A stretch of DNA of 64,000 nt from the human T2T-CHM13v2.0 reference genome, Homo sapiens. Shown here piece by piece: positions 23,631-38,600 of this stretch. Location: the NCBI RefSeq assembly GCF_009914755.1, contig NC_060933.1. The stretch is one strand, 5' to 3'. The notes beneath the pieces are model-generated. The model was not told the origin of the DNA, did no database searches, and was given only the letters and a program-made list of their open reading frames with translations. The position numbers and the translations under genes are program-made. Position 1 is the stretch's first letter, and each line of letters opens with the position of its first letter.

Positions 23631-24303
23631 TCAGAACTCACAGCAGGAAAATAACCTGAAAGCAAACACAGCCAGGCTGTCACACATTTGCATGCCTTGA
23701 TACACAGTAGTGCCACATGCCCGTCCTCCTCCAGTCTGCCTGATGAACTCCTCTTCATCCCTCATAGTCCAACTGGGCTGGCCCCACCTCTGCAAAGGCT
23801 TTCTGGATCCGGCTGAGCAGATCACTCCTCTCTCATGCTGCTCCTTTACCCTAGACCTGTCTTCTTACAGCTTTTAGGCCCCTGGGTTTTGGTTTCAATT
23901 ATTCCTTTGTGTTTGGCTCCCCCATCTCCACCCAGCCCAGGCCTTGGCAGGGGCAGAGGGGGTGAGTGGGGCAGATGCCACATCTTGCTGTGCCACCCTC
24001 ACTGGCCACATCCTCCCCAACAGGGCAGCCAATGAACAAGCTGGCCACCAGGTGCTGCTGTCTCTCCCTGATGCCCACTGAAGGACCCTGGTCCACCCAC
24101 TCCCTCCTGCTGACATCCCTCCACGCAGCCAGACTCGGGGGGCCAGCTGCCACCAGTGACTCCTCAGCTCCTTCCTTTACATGGAGTGACAGGTCATGTC
24201 TGGAACCTGGGAATTCCTGCTGCTGCTGGAACAGGATCATGCAGTGGGCTGGTGGGAGCTATGGCTCCCAGAGCTATGCCCTCTGTCCCCACCACTCCAC
24301 TGA

Positions 24304-24855
<552 letters not shown>

Positions 24856-25489
24856 TGAATCTGTTTACTTTTCCCCACCTTTGCTACCAACACCCTGGTT
24901 GAGGTCTTTCTCCTTAGGGACCACAGCAGTGACCCACTGGCCTCCTGCATCCTCTTTGGCCACTCCTCCGGCCACCTTCCCCTTGTAGCCAGGGAACCTC
25001 TCATGTCACTCTCCTGCTTCAACCTGCAATGGCTCCCACATCCCCTGGCCCACAAGGTCCTTGGAGAGGTGGCCTCTGTGACCTTCCCCTCTTCTCCTGG
25101 ACTACTCTTCCAGCGGTTCCCAGCCCTGGCCATGCTGGCCATCGTTCCTACCCTCCTGCTCAGCCAGCTCACTCTCACCCCGGCTTTGCAGCAGCTCTGC
25201 CCACTCCTGGATGCTCGGCCCCTGAACTCTGCATGGCTGGCTTCTGCTTGCCTGGCAGGTTGCTGCTTGGATATCACCCGCTCTGTTGTGCAGCCCCCAT
25301 GTAATTCTCTGAATAGCACTCCTTTCTACCAGACAGCGTGCGTGTCTCCCCCCAGCTAGGGTGGAAATTCAAAGGAGCAGGGACACCCACCATCCCAGGC
25401 CTTCTACAGGGCCGGGCACAAAATCAGACTCAACAACAGCTGGTGGAATGAATAAAAGAACAGAGGGGGCTTGCACGCGCTTTGCCGCC

Positions 25490-25720
25490 ACACTGGGAAT
25501 TTTGCAAACACAGGCGCCTTTTGACCCAGCAAGTTGATGTCTAGGGTTTTCTCCTAAGGAGATCAGTAGACAGATGCCCACAGAAGTACAGTCAAGATAG
25601 TCCTTGCAGCGTTGCTTGTCATCATGACTACTGGCAGCAACCTAGGTGTCCATCAATAGGGGATTGGCTCAAAGCAGGTGTGACACAGCCAAAGGGTGGA
25701 ATGTTACGCAGCCACTAAAT
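25490..25720 (+). mobile_element. L1ME-like 3' fragment
   Basis: CCTTTTGACCCAGCAA..CTAGG..TCCTAAGGA; CAACCTAGGTGTCCATCAATAGGGGATTGG. Confidence 0.7.
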
Positions 25721-27370
25721 AGATGGGTCTCTTATCATAAAGGGAGGGAAGCAGAGCCTAGTGCCCGATGTTCAATACGATTAATCCCTGGAGGGTAGGA
25801 GCTCTGGTTGTACTTAAACATGTCTAATTCATAACAAGAGGGAAATGGATTGGGAGGTGGGAACTGTCAGGGTCATCCAAGTCTGTACCTTGACTGGTGA
25901 AGAAAGTGAGGCCCAGGGAAGCAAGACCCTCTCCCTAGGTCACAGCACTGCCTAGAGGCACAGCCAGAGTTGGGGTCCAGATCTTCTTCCCACTACTTCT
26001 GCTCTCAGCAGGTTCTGGGGGTACAGCCAGCCGAGTGAAGGGTGCATCCTGAGCCTCCATGTAGACCCTCAAGTTGAGTCCTTTCTTTTGGAGCCTCAGT
26101 TTCCTCATCTGTAAAATGGGCCCATGTTCTCCCACGCTTCCTTTACTAAGCTGGGGAGATGATAAAATTTGTATGAGGAAGAGCAGTGCCCTTTACTGAG
26201 TGCTTAGGACACACCCAGACCTGCCCTAAGACTTTGATGCACATTACCCCATTTCATCTGCACAATAACTATCTGAAGTAAGGGCTTGAGTAGCCCCATT
26301 CTGCCAACGCGACTCACAAGAGTTGAGTAACTCACCGAGTGGCACCCAGCTAGTTGGTGGCAGAGCCTGGATATAAATCCAGATGGTCAATTTCAGCCCC
26401 ATCCTGCTAACCACCACATTCTATCTGAAAAGAGACCACGTGTGCATATGTACAAATGGACACGCAGATCCCCTGGGGCCTTGGAGGACTAGGGAGACCT
26501 GGACCTGAATCCGTCCACTGGCTAGTGGTCCAAGGACCTGATTTCCCCCTTCTGCCTCCTCAACCCCCAGTCTGCCCTACCCACTGATTAGAGCCAGGGA
26601 GCCTGGTGCCTGCAGCTAGCCTGGGTAGGGCCAGTCTCCCTGTAATTAAGGCAGCGGGAGGTTGGGAGCTGGGATCCCTGTCATCCGAGGTTGGGGAGGA
26701 GGGGTGACGAGTGACTGAAGGAACCTCCCTGTAGCCAGGCCAACCACGTCAGCAGCCACTGGCTGCTCTGGGCAGCAGTGGGTGGCCAGGAGCAAGCCCG
26801 GTGGGTTCTTACCTCTCTGCCACCCCTGGCCTGGACCCTCCTGTTAGCCTCCTGCCTTCACTCCCTGTCTCCCTGTATCTCCCTTCTCTAAATGTCTCCT
26901 CCACCCCAGCACCAGAGCCATGTCTCCAAAAACCAGGTCACCAAGGCTTGGCTTCTAGTGTTCCAGCCATGCTGTGGGGATAGAGGATTTCTCCTGCTTT
27001 CAGAGCAGAGCGTTAAGAAGGCTGCGGGGAGCCGCTTGCAGGAGCTCCCAGGCAGCCATTGAGAAGGAGGTCATTTCCCTGGAACAAATGCCTGCTGGGG
27101 CTGTGTGTCACCCTCTGGAACACGCCCACACCCCCAGGCTGGCACTCCAGGCCCTTTCTTGATCTAGCCCAAACCTGCTTATCAGCCCTGACTTCCTCCC
27201 AGTCACCTGTCATTTCCATTGTGTGTTACCTTCTTGCCTCCACGCCTTTGCTTGTGCCATTCCCTCTAACTGGGACGCCCTCACTTTTCCCTGCTTGGCC
27301 CATCAAATTCTGCTCTTCTTTCTCTGCCCAGTTCAAACACCTCCTCCTCTCGGCAGCCTTCCCTGGTTGA

Positions 27371-27756
<386 letters not shown>

Positions 27757-28059
27757 AGGAGATGCAGATTGAATGCAGATTGATTGAGATGCATCTTTGT
27801 CCTCCCCACCATCCCAGCACCAAGGCTGTGCACTCTCTGGGGTCCAGACCTGCCCTGGTGGTCACTCACAACTGTGGCCTTGGTCAAGTCACATCACCTC
27901 TCTAAACTGCATTGTCCCCGTCTGTAAAATAGGAGAACCAGAGTTTCTCCTGGAAGGGACCATAGTGAGGAATGTATGAGACAATGTGGGCAAATACTTG
28001 AAATGGTGCTCACCTCTGGTGCCTGCTTAATAAATAGCACCCAGGGTTCCTACAGCTGT

Positions 28060-28645
28060 GGCCGTGGAGCCTGCATCTCCCTCTCCCCTGGTGGCTTCCC
28101 CTCTTTTACAAGGTCACCAGGGAGGCCTTCCCAGAGGACAATCCGGATCATGTCATTCTCACAGACCCTCCTCCAGGCAGGCCTGGAGTCATCCCCAAAG
28201 GCTCTGTCCAACCCACTCCTGCCTCTCTCCCTGGCTCCCCCGTCCCATCTCTCACCAGCCTCGCATCATTTGCTCTACTCCAACCACCTGGAACTTATTC
28301 GGGGGGGCACTGAACGCCCCACGCACCCTTTCACCTCAGGGCTATTGCACAGGTCACTCCCTCCTTCTGTACCTGGCTAACTCCTTCTCGTCCTTTAGGC
28401 CCCAGCTTACGTGCCCATTCCTCCAGGAGGCCTTCCCCGACCACCTCTTCCATCCAGGTGAGGCGCCCCTTCTCTGTTCCTGCAGCTCTTGCACCACACA
28501 CTGCGCTGCAATGACCTGCTTTCCTGTGAGCTCCAAGAAGCCAGGCACTGTGCCTCGCTCCCTGCTGCAAACTCAGCACCGGGCACGGTGTCTGGTGCAG
28601 ACTAGATGCTCAAAAAACATTTAGTGACTAACTGAATGGATGGAT
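28060..28645 (+). mobile_element. L2 fragment directly upstream of the DAB2IP promoter
   Basis: CCTGGCTAACTCCTTCTCGTCCTTTAGGCCCCAGCT...CTCCAGGAGGCCTTCCC...ATGCTCAAAAAACATTTAGTGACTAACTGAATG. Confidence 0.7.
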
Positions 28646-28879
28646 GAGTCAATTTCTGCATCCCCCACACTGCGGGAAATGTCTGTAGAACAGATTTGAG
28701 TGGGAGGTTCCAGCAGGGCCTGGGAGAAGCCCTTGGGGTTTGGGCACTGGGGGTAAACAGAGCAGACCCCCCAACCCCTCCCCTGGGGGGCTGGGCTCCC
28801 CGCTTCCTGCAAACCCCCTGGGCCCCAGAGCCGGCTTCCAGATGCTAAGCCCGTCTCAGCCTCACCTCTTAGCTTTTCC

Positions 28880-29203
28880 ATCTGCACAGCCGGGCCAGAT
28901 CCCCGCAGCCAGCATCACGGGCAGCCAGGCCAACCGTCCCGGCGTCTTCCTATTTTAGACATCTCGCTGCCTCAGTCCCTTCTAATGTTTCCAGCCAGGC
29001 TGCGGGGGGAGGAAAAAGAGGTTACTGCTACTTTAAATGTACTGTATGAAGGCGAGGGCTGGAAAGGGGCCTGCTTGCAGGAATACCCAGTCATCTAGTT
29101 GGAAAAGCCGCCAGATGGAATACAAAAGGAGGAACCCAGACGCTCATGGAGACAGCCTCGGTTCATAAATCAGGTGGGGCCAGGGGCTGGGGGCCCACAC
29201 GCC
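28880..29203 (+). promoter_or_regulatory. DAB2IP: Promoter and 5' leader of the distal DAB2IP first exon
   Basis: Repeat-free sequence directly 5' of the ATG; TATA-like CTTTAAAT at 29031-29038. The TSS cannot be fixed from sequence. Confidence 0.6.
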
Positions 29204-29243
29204 ATGGAGCCCGACTCCCTTCTGGACCAAGACGACTCCTACG
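29204..29243 (+). CDS. DAB2IP: DAB2IP first coding exon, coding part (MEPDSLLDQDDSY + first base of Glu), phase-1 donor
   Basis: gccATGG strong Kozak at 29204; 13 codons + 1 nt, then donor ACG|GTAAGA. The peptide matches the N-terminus I recall for a DAB2IP isoform (MEPDSLLDQDDSY-ESPQERPGSRR...), where the leftover G plus AG from the next exon makes Glu. Confidence 0.92.
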
Positions 29244-31467
29244 GTAAGACGGTGCCAGCAAAGTGCAGAGTTGGGGGTTTCAGCCTCTCTGCTCAACAGA
29301 CTTTTCTCTGCTATAGGAATCTGAGTTGAAGCAGGGAGGCAGTCAGGCATCTGGGCACTGTCTGGTCTTGGGACCCATGGGTGGGCATGGGTGCGTTGGG
29401 CTATGAGACTCAGGGCTGGAGGGTCCCTGGAGCGGGCAGCCCCTCAGACTCCAGGCATTGACAAGGTCCAGGGGAGGGAGAGAGAGTTTCTCAGCTGCTT
29501 CTGTTTTGCTCCTGGCCAAGAAGGAAAGGAAGGAAGTTTTGCAGCCCCCCTGCCTGTCTGCCTACCTCGCTGTTCGCCAGGCCTGCCCTGTGCTGTGGGG
29601 AATTCAATTAGTGCGATCCTGCGGATAAATATAGATGGAAGAGGCAACAGGAACATACCTTGTAATTAAAGGCCAGGGCTCATGCTGAAAGCACTCCCCG
29701 TGTGACAGGGCCCCAGTGGCTGCCACCGGAGAGCTGCCCAGGCCACTGGAAGCTCTGCATGCATTATTGGGGGAAAAGTTGCTCGGGACAGAGCCCATGC
29801 AGAGTCTGGAAGAGGGATTTATAAGACTCGGAAGGGTTCCTTCGTGGTGGTTTCTGCAGGCCTGGGGCTCCAGCGATGCAGTAACTCAGCTCCTGCACTA
29901 CTCAGCCTGGCCAGAGAGCTCACATTTGGCTGGGATGCCCGGCACAGCCTGGCTGTCTCTGGACAACCAAGGAGGGACGCAAGAGTGCAAGAGTGTGGCC
30001 GAGGCACCGAGGCTGGGCATGGGGGGGTGGGGCAGCAGGTTTTGGGACTCAGCAGGGAGAAGTCCTGTTGGCCTCGGAAGAGGTGGTAATTGCAGGGCGA
30101 CCTCATCCCAGCTTGGGTCAGGTCAGCCTTCCAGGGGTTCAGGTCCTCCTGAGACCACAGTTCTACTAAGAAAACCAAGTGCTTGTTTCTCCGGACTTTC
30201 CCCCACCCCATCCAGGCCTGGCTGCCTGGCACAGATTCAAGGCCAAATTTCCTTCCTCCTGCAGGAGCTCAGCCCTTTCCAAGGAGAGGGGCCCTTTGCC
30301 ACGTTTGGAGCTGCAGCCCTCAGGGAAGCTTGGCAAGGCTCAGCCCACAGACCTGGCATCTTTGGGCCCAGGGGACGGGGGGTCAGTTGATGCATGCAGA
30401 GTGACCTCCATGTGCCAAGCCCTGTGTCAGGGTCAGGGATGTGTAGGAATGAGGAACTCAGTCCTAACAAATAGTTGGTGCTTAGTGAATGGAAGGAGGA
30501 GGAGAATACAAAGGGAGGAGAGAGGGAAAAAAATAGGGAGAGCAGCCCTTGGCCTGGAAGAGCTCCCAGTCTGGAATGGGAGACAGACAAACGATCCCAG
30601 ACTAAATTCAGAGTGATGCGGTCCTTGGGGAGGCCAGGGGCAGACAGCCTGAGGGTGTGGGACAGGCCTGCCTGCCTCCAGAGCTGTTCACTGGAAGCTT
30701 GGCATTGGGATGCGTATGGACTCATTGGATGTCTGGATGCTCCCCTAGGGAGGGCACTGACCTTTGAAGAGGCAGGCGAGGGGGTGGGAAGGACCAGCCC
30801 CAGCCAGGGATATCTCAGGAACCCACAGTCCCCACTTGCTGTCCTCCAGATTTGCTAGTAGCAGCCTCTGGGCTGGGCAAGGCTGGAAACTGAGGCTGCC
30901 TCCACCCTCATGGAAAGGCCCCATGCACAATCAGCTCCTTGTCCTGGCCTGTCACGAGGCCGGTTGCTGATCTCCTGGAAGCTGGCCAGGCAGGGAGGTA
31001 AGGGATTCAAGAGGAAGAGGAAAGGGACAGAGGGGGCCTTAGGAAAGGGACAGGCAGGCATGGAGTGGAGCCCAGGCTCTCTCTGGGAGCAATCCCAGGC
31101 CCAGCTGGAGAGGGGTCTGGCTTTTCCAGCCAAGGTCTCCCACCCAGCCAGCCTCAGGGGTCCAGGGCTGAAGGAGGCCATCCTGGGTCAGGGCAGCACA
31201 GGAAAACTGCGGTCTCAGTGAGTCACTTCCCCAGTCTGAGCCCCGGTTCTACATTCATCAATTTAACAATTACTTTCAGGTTCTGGACTGGGCTTTGGTG
31301 TTCAAGAACAAATCAAACTTTGTGACTTTCCTAGGCTAATCTGAGAGAGATGCAGGTGCACTGATGGGGGAAGTCAAGGCGTGTGGAAGCCCTAACCCTA
31401 TACTTGGAATCCAGAAAGGCTTCCTGGCAGAGGTGACTCCTCCACTGAAGAAGTCAATGATTCCCTC

Positions 31468-32567
<1,100 letters not shown>

Positions 32568-32572
32568 CCTCC

Positions 32573-32864
32573 TTTTTTATTGAGACAGGGTCTCACTCTG
32601 TCACCCAGGCTAGAGTGCAATGGCATGATCACAGCTTACTGCAGCTTCGAACTCCTGGGTGTAAGCAATCCTCCTGCTTCAGCCTTCAGAATAGCTGGAC
32701 TACAGGCATGCACCACCATGCCTGGCTAATTTTTGTATTTTTTGTAGAGACAGGGTTTGCCCACGTTGCCCAGGCTGGTCTCAAACTCCTGGGCTCTCTC
32801 AATCTGCCCGCCTCAGCTTCCCAAAGTGCTGGGATTACAGGCATGAGCCACAGTGCCGGCCTGG
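32573..32864 (-). mobile_element. AluJ
   Basis: Alu consensus. Confidence 0.93.
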
Positions 32865-34289
32865 CTTCTGGGACAGGCTGCTCTCGGGGTTTCCTCCCAT
32901 TATCTCTGGCTGGCCCCTTCTCCTGGGGCTCTCTCTCCTGCTGCTGCCCACAGGGTCCCTTCGCCAGTGCCTGCCTCCTCTGCTCCTTCATGATTGAACT
33001 CTTCCTCCTTCACCCCTCACTCCCTCGCTTCCCGCCATCGGATCTGACCTTCCTCACGCCCCCAAGCTGTCTCCCCCCAGGGCCTTTGAGCATCCTTCCT
33101 CTTTCTCTTCCCTGAGCTAATTCCTCCTCCTCTTCCCAGTATCAACTGAAAAGTCACCTCCTCAGAGAAGCCCTCCTTAAACCATGTTCCCCCAATGCAT
33201 CACTCTCATAGGCCCTCTTTTCCTTTATGGACGTGTTCATATGTGCACTACACATTATTGCATGCTGATGTGTTTCACCTGCATCTCCCGTGAGTCTCTA
33301 AGCAATCTGGATCCCCAGAGCATAGTTCTCCACCTGGCAGGAGTAAGCATCCAACAAATGCTTGTTGAATGAGTGAGTGAACAAATGCAGTTGGTGCAGG
33401 CAAAAAGGCAAGGAAAGGCATTCCAGGGCAGAAGGAACAGCAGGTGCAAAGGCATGGAGACTGGTGATGCTTTGGAGCATTCTCTGATACTTACAATCTT
33501 GGTCAGGGGTTGGCAAGCTGAGCTCCTTTAGGGGGCTCAGGAACATTGATGGGGATGGGGAAGGGTTGGGAGCTGCAAAGCTGGGGGTGAGGCTCTGGAC
33601 ATCTCTCCCTGCTTCAAGCTGAGCAAAGCGCCTTTCGTCTAGTGAAGACCCCAGTTCTGATTGCATCCATCAGGTGTTCAGAGGCTGAAAGGGTTCAGCC
33701 ATGGCATGGTGGGGGATCCGCAGCCACTGGCACTGAAGTTCTGGAGGCCTAAGCCTCTTAGCAGGCAGGACTGAGCAGAGCCCTATTGGGTGGTCTGGCG
33801 GTGGGAGCCCCTTAGAGCATGGCCAAGAAGGGCTCAGACACAGCTGCAGCGAGGAGCAGACATAGGTGCAGAGGTTTCTTTTACAGGACAGTCAGAGGCA
33901 GGAAGGTGAGGAGAAGGGGAGAGCTCGGAAACTCGGCACTAACCCCTGCAGAGCCCTTGTGATTGGCCTTAGTTTCCCTAGGTGTAAATTGGGGTGACGG
34001 CCAGACAAGATGTGACTGTCCCCTCTGGTGCCAGCCCCTTGGAGCTGTGTGAAAAGTCCAGCTCAGAGAAGCATGTCCTTTCCGTCTGCCTTGTGATTTC
34101 CAAAGAAGGGGGCAAGACAGAGGCCTGGCAGCGGCCAGCATAAGAGAAAAAGTCCTGCCCTGCAAAATATGCTTTCTCCGGGTTCTTTTGGAGTCCTGCT
34201 ATTTCTCCACTTCGTGGGTACCGTCCTCCTACCAGGACAGCTCCTGGTGCTTCCTCCGCCTGGGTGTGTTTTCATTGTCTGCTCACCAG

Positions 34290-34445
34290 CCTGACTCCCA
34301 CATGAGACTATAAGGCCCTTGAGGGCAGGGGCTGTATCTTGTCTGCCACTGGGTTCCCAGGGTGCTGCACAGCACTGGTCCTGAGAAGGCACTCAATACA
34401 TACTCAGTGGATGAATGAATGAATGAATGAATGAATGAATAAGTG
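34290..34445 (+). mobile_element. L2 3' end with (TGAA)n tail
   Basis: CCTTGAGGGCAGGGGCTGT...GGCACTCAATACAT...(TGAA)n. Confidence 0.75.
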
Positions 34446-35019
34446 AGCGAGAGTGAGTGAATTAATGAGTGGCATGAGCTGGATCCTGCCCTTAACTTGC
34501 TCCGCATCCTTAGGCATCCTCCCCGACTCTGGACTTCTGGTTCCTTAGCTGTCAGCTGAGGGTGCTGGGCCCCATGCCCCAAGAGAGCAGGCCTGCATCT
34601 CATCCCAGCTCTCTCGGTTATTGGGTGGCCTGGACCAAGTCCCTGCCCTGACTTAGCCTCAGCTTCCTCATCTGACAAATGGGCAGACTCAGCCCTGCCC
34701 TGCCTGTTTTTCAGGCGGTCTTGGAGCTCTGGAGGAGTAAGGAGGCAAAACAGTGTGAGGCTGGACACCTGTCAGGGGAGTCTGTGACTCGTACAGGAGC
34801 GGGGGTTGGGCTCAGACAGCCCGCTGGGATAAACCCTCCAGAAGCGGGTGGTTGCTTTCGATATCATGGAGGTGGAGCAGGCAGCTCAAAAGCTCAGAAC
34901 TTTCCATTTCTTCCTGATGACAACCAGCATGGGCATCTACCTCAGGGTTGTTGGCAGATCCCAGCAGAGAAGCAGGTGGATGTGAGTTTGTAAACTTCCC
35001 AATGCTACTGCTGTAATAA

Positions 35020-35697
<678 letters not shown>

Positions 35698-38600
35698 TAC
35701 ATTGTCTTCTGAATCCTTGCAATACACCTGGTGGGTTGCAGTTAGCCTTATTTTCCAGATGAGAAAATTGAGGCCCAAGGAGGTTACGTGACTGGCCCTG
35801 ATCACGCAGTGAGTGCACTGATTTGAACCCAGCTTTCTCCAGCTACAAAGCCTGATATCTTTATTTTGCTGCAGTCCTGAAAGCCATTGTGTGCCAAAGC
35901 TGCCACCTGGAGGCCCCTCCCTGTGCCTGTGGAAAATCCTCTCTCCCGGGGAGCGTTCACTGAAGCAGCTCAGAGATGTGGCAGGAGCCATGTCAGCTCA
36001 GCTGGCCAAGGCGAGAGGCAGACTCAGCTGTGGGACAGGGATGGTCTAAAGAGAAGACAATTTGAGGCCAAAATAGCCTAATGTCATCAGGGGGCCTGAT
36101 ATCATGACTCCCTGGGCCTTCCTTTGAGAGGCAGAGGGATTAGCTTCAACTGGTGACAGATAGATAATAATTGTAAAAAATAACAGCTATGTGTCCAGCC
36201 ACTGGCCTCCCATCCATCGTCTCGCTTCCCCTGCTTAGGCCTGCCCTCCCTCTGAGGCCTCCTCCTGGCTCTGCCACTCAGCTCACTCAGCAGGTGCCAG
36301 CCAAAGACCTGGGCTCTCATCGAGCCTCCATTTCCCCATCTGTGAAACTGACACCAGCCTAGCCTGCCTGGAATGGGGAAGGGACGCCAGAATCTAGATC
36401 CCTTCCATCTTGTTCGAGGGCTCTGTCCTAGACCAGGCTGCCTGGGCCTCAGAAAAATGAAGGAAGAGAAGCCACATTCATACCTGGAGCCCTTCTATAA
36501 GTGAAAAAATTAGGCCAAGGAGGCAGAGCTGGGGTCCTATTTATGAGCATTTACTGTGTGCCTGGCTCACTGCTAAATGTTCTCCACTGACTCCTCACAG
36601 AGGAAGGAACAACCCCACAGCTCAGAGGAGAAAATCAAGGCTTAGAAGGGCCCTGCCACACAGCGAGTGAGGAACACTTGTGATTCAAACCCAGGACTCC
36701 CAGGATCCTGTGAGCTTTCTCCACTTTGGGCTGCTCCCACCACCCCACTGGGTCTCCTGGCCCCCAATCCAGGGCCCTTTCCCATGCCCAGGGGGGGCTC
36801 GGTTCTGCTGGCCAGCCATGCGGGGGGCTTCTGAACTTGCCCAGCTGGGCAGCTGGATGAGTGGTAGAGCCACACGCCCCCTCCCCTTGCCCTGAGACTC
36901 TGGGAAGAGGCGCAATCAGGAGGAACAGACAATAAAGAACAAAGAGGCCAGCTCGGGAGGGGCTTAGGTCATTTCCACACACAAGCCTGAGCAGCTGGCC
37001 TCATAACAAGGTCAGGGGCTGAGGCTGCAGTGGGGGTTGGCTGGTGAGGAGGGAGCCCCTGTGCCTGGAGCAGGGCGGGGAAGAGCCAGGATAAAGCTCA
37101 AGAGAGAAGAGTTGGTTTCCCCAGAGAGAGGGACAGGGAAAGGGAGGGAGCACCTATGTGCATAGGACGCGGACATTTCACTTCCCATAGGCTCCTGGAG
37201 AGCCCCTCCTGAACTGTACTTAACACCCCCAGGCCTGGGCTTCTATCTGCTGCGCCTCCGTGTGACCTGTGAGCCAGGCCAGTTGATTCTCAGAGCCTCG
37301 GAGGGATGGGGACAGCAGCAGCCACCGCGCAGGGCTCCTCTCTTGTGAGGACCAAGCAGGATAGATCCTTCCTTCTTCTGTGGTCCTGGACAGCCACTGC
37401 CTCAGGCTGGCTCCTCCGCCACGGGACCTGGTGCAGAGTCGAAGATCTTTAAGTCAATCTGTAGCATGATCCGGGTCCCCTAAGCTTTCCTACCACCGAA
37501 TGTGTTTCTTGGTATATTGTTCAATTCCCGTTTTACAGAGGAAGAAACTGACACACTCGCTTGAGTATCGGTCCTTCAAGTAATGTGGCCTGACTCATGC
37601 TCAGGTTGCTGGATGGCTGCCACAGCCCTCCTTATTCCAAAGAGGCAGGTGGACCCCACACATCAGGCCCAGTGTGTCCCCAGCTTCCCCTCACTGGCCT
37701 CCCTGGGCTGACTGCAGGATATCCAGAGTCTAGCCTTCTGCTCCCACTGCCCAGTCTGTTCCTTCTGCTGGGTGGATACGCCCTGGGCTGCTGAGCCCAC
37801 CCTGGGCCTTCCAAAGCCAGAGCTGTGGTCCTCCCAGCTGGGATTCCTCCCAAGGTCTCAACTCTGGAAGCCCAGGGAGGCTGGAACAAATAGCAAATGG
37901 CCAAGGTGTAGGGAGACCCAAGGGGAAGGGTCTCTTGAGGTCCTCCTGTCCATTCTCTGTTACATCATGGGAAGATGGAGGTCAGAGAAGATGAAACCAG
38001 GCCCACTTACGGTCCATGCTACCTCCTAAGAGGTCCAGAGATCCACCCCGACTCTCCGTCTCCAGCCCCCACTTCAGGCCAGGCCTCACCTTGGACACCT
38101 GCACAGCTGCCTTGCCTCTTCCTGGGGCTGTCCGTCTCTACCTGCCCCCCAACTCATCCTTCGTGCACAGCCAGAAGGGGCCACTCATAGGCATTCAAAA
38201 AACTTCACAGGGCCCACCGCTGCAGCAGGATAAAATCCAAACTCATTAACAGAGCTTAATGCCGTTCATGGTCTGACCCTGCAGATACACTTCTGCTCTC
38301 ATCTCCAAGCCACACCCCACTTTCTTGCCACTCCCATCATCATGAATTAATTTCTGCCTTGAATCTGCCTCTCTCTCTCCCTTACCTTTGCACTTGCTCT
38401 TACCGCTGCCTGAAACACTCTTTCATCTTAGCCTTCCCTACTACCCCTCCAGCCCGGTCAATCCTGCCCATCCTGAAGTCTCAGCTCAGGTCACCTCCTC
38501 CAGGAAGCCTTCCCTGACTAGCTTGTTTGGGCCGCCTAGGCTCCCTGGGCTTTCTGCTATCCCACTGCACTTTGATGAGTAAAGTCCATTTGCTTTACTG

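Noticed and set aside
28949-28959. MEF2-like CTATTTTAG in the distal promoter
   Set aside because: One A/T short of the 10-bp consensus.
29099-29329. 76-aa ORF around the DAB2IP exon
   Set aside because: Starts at a TTG and reads through the donor into the intron; only 29204-29243 is supported.
29716-31221. Overlapping 100-224 aa ORFs
   Set aside because: Mostly non-ATG starts, no recognisable homology, no convincing exon boundaries.
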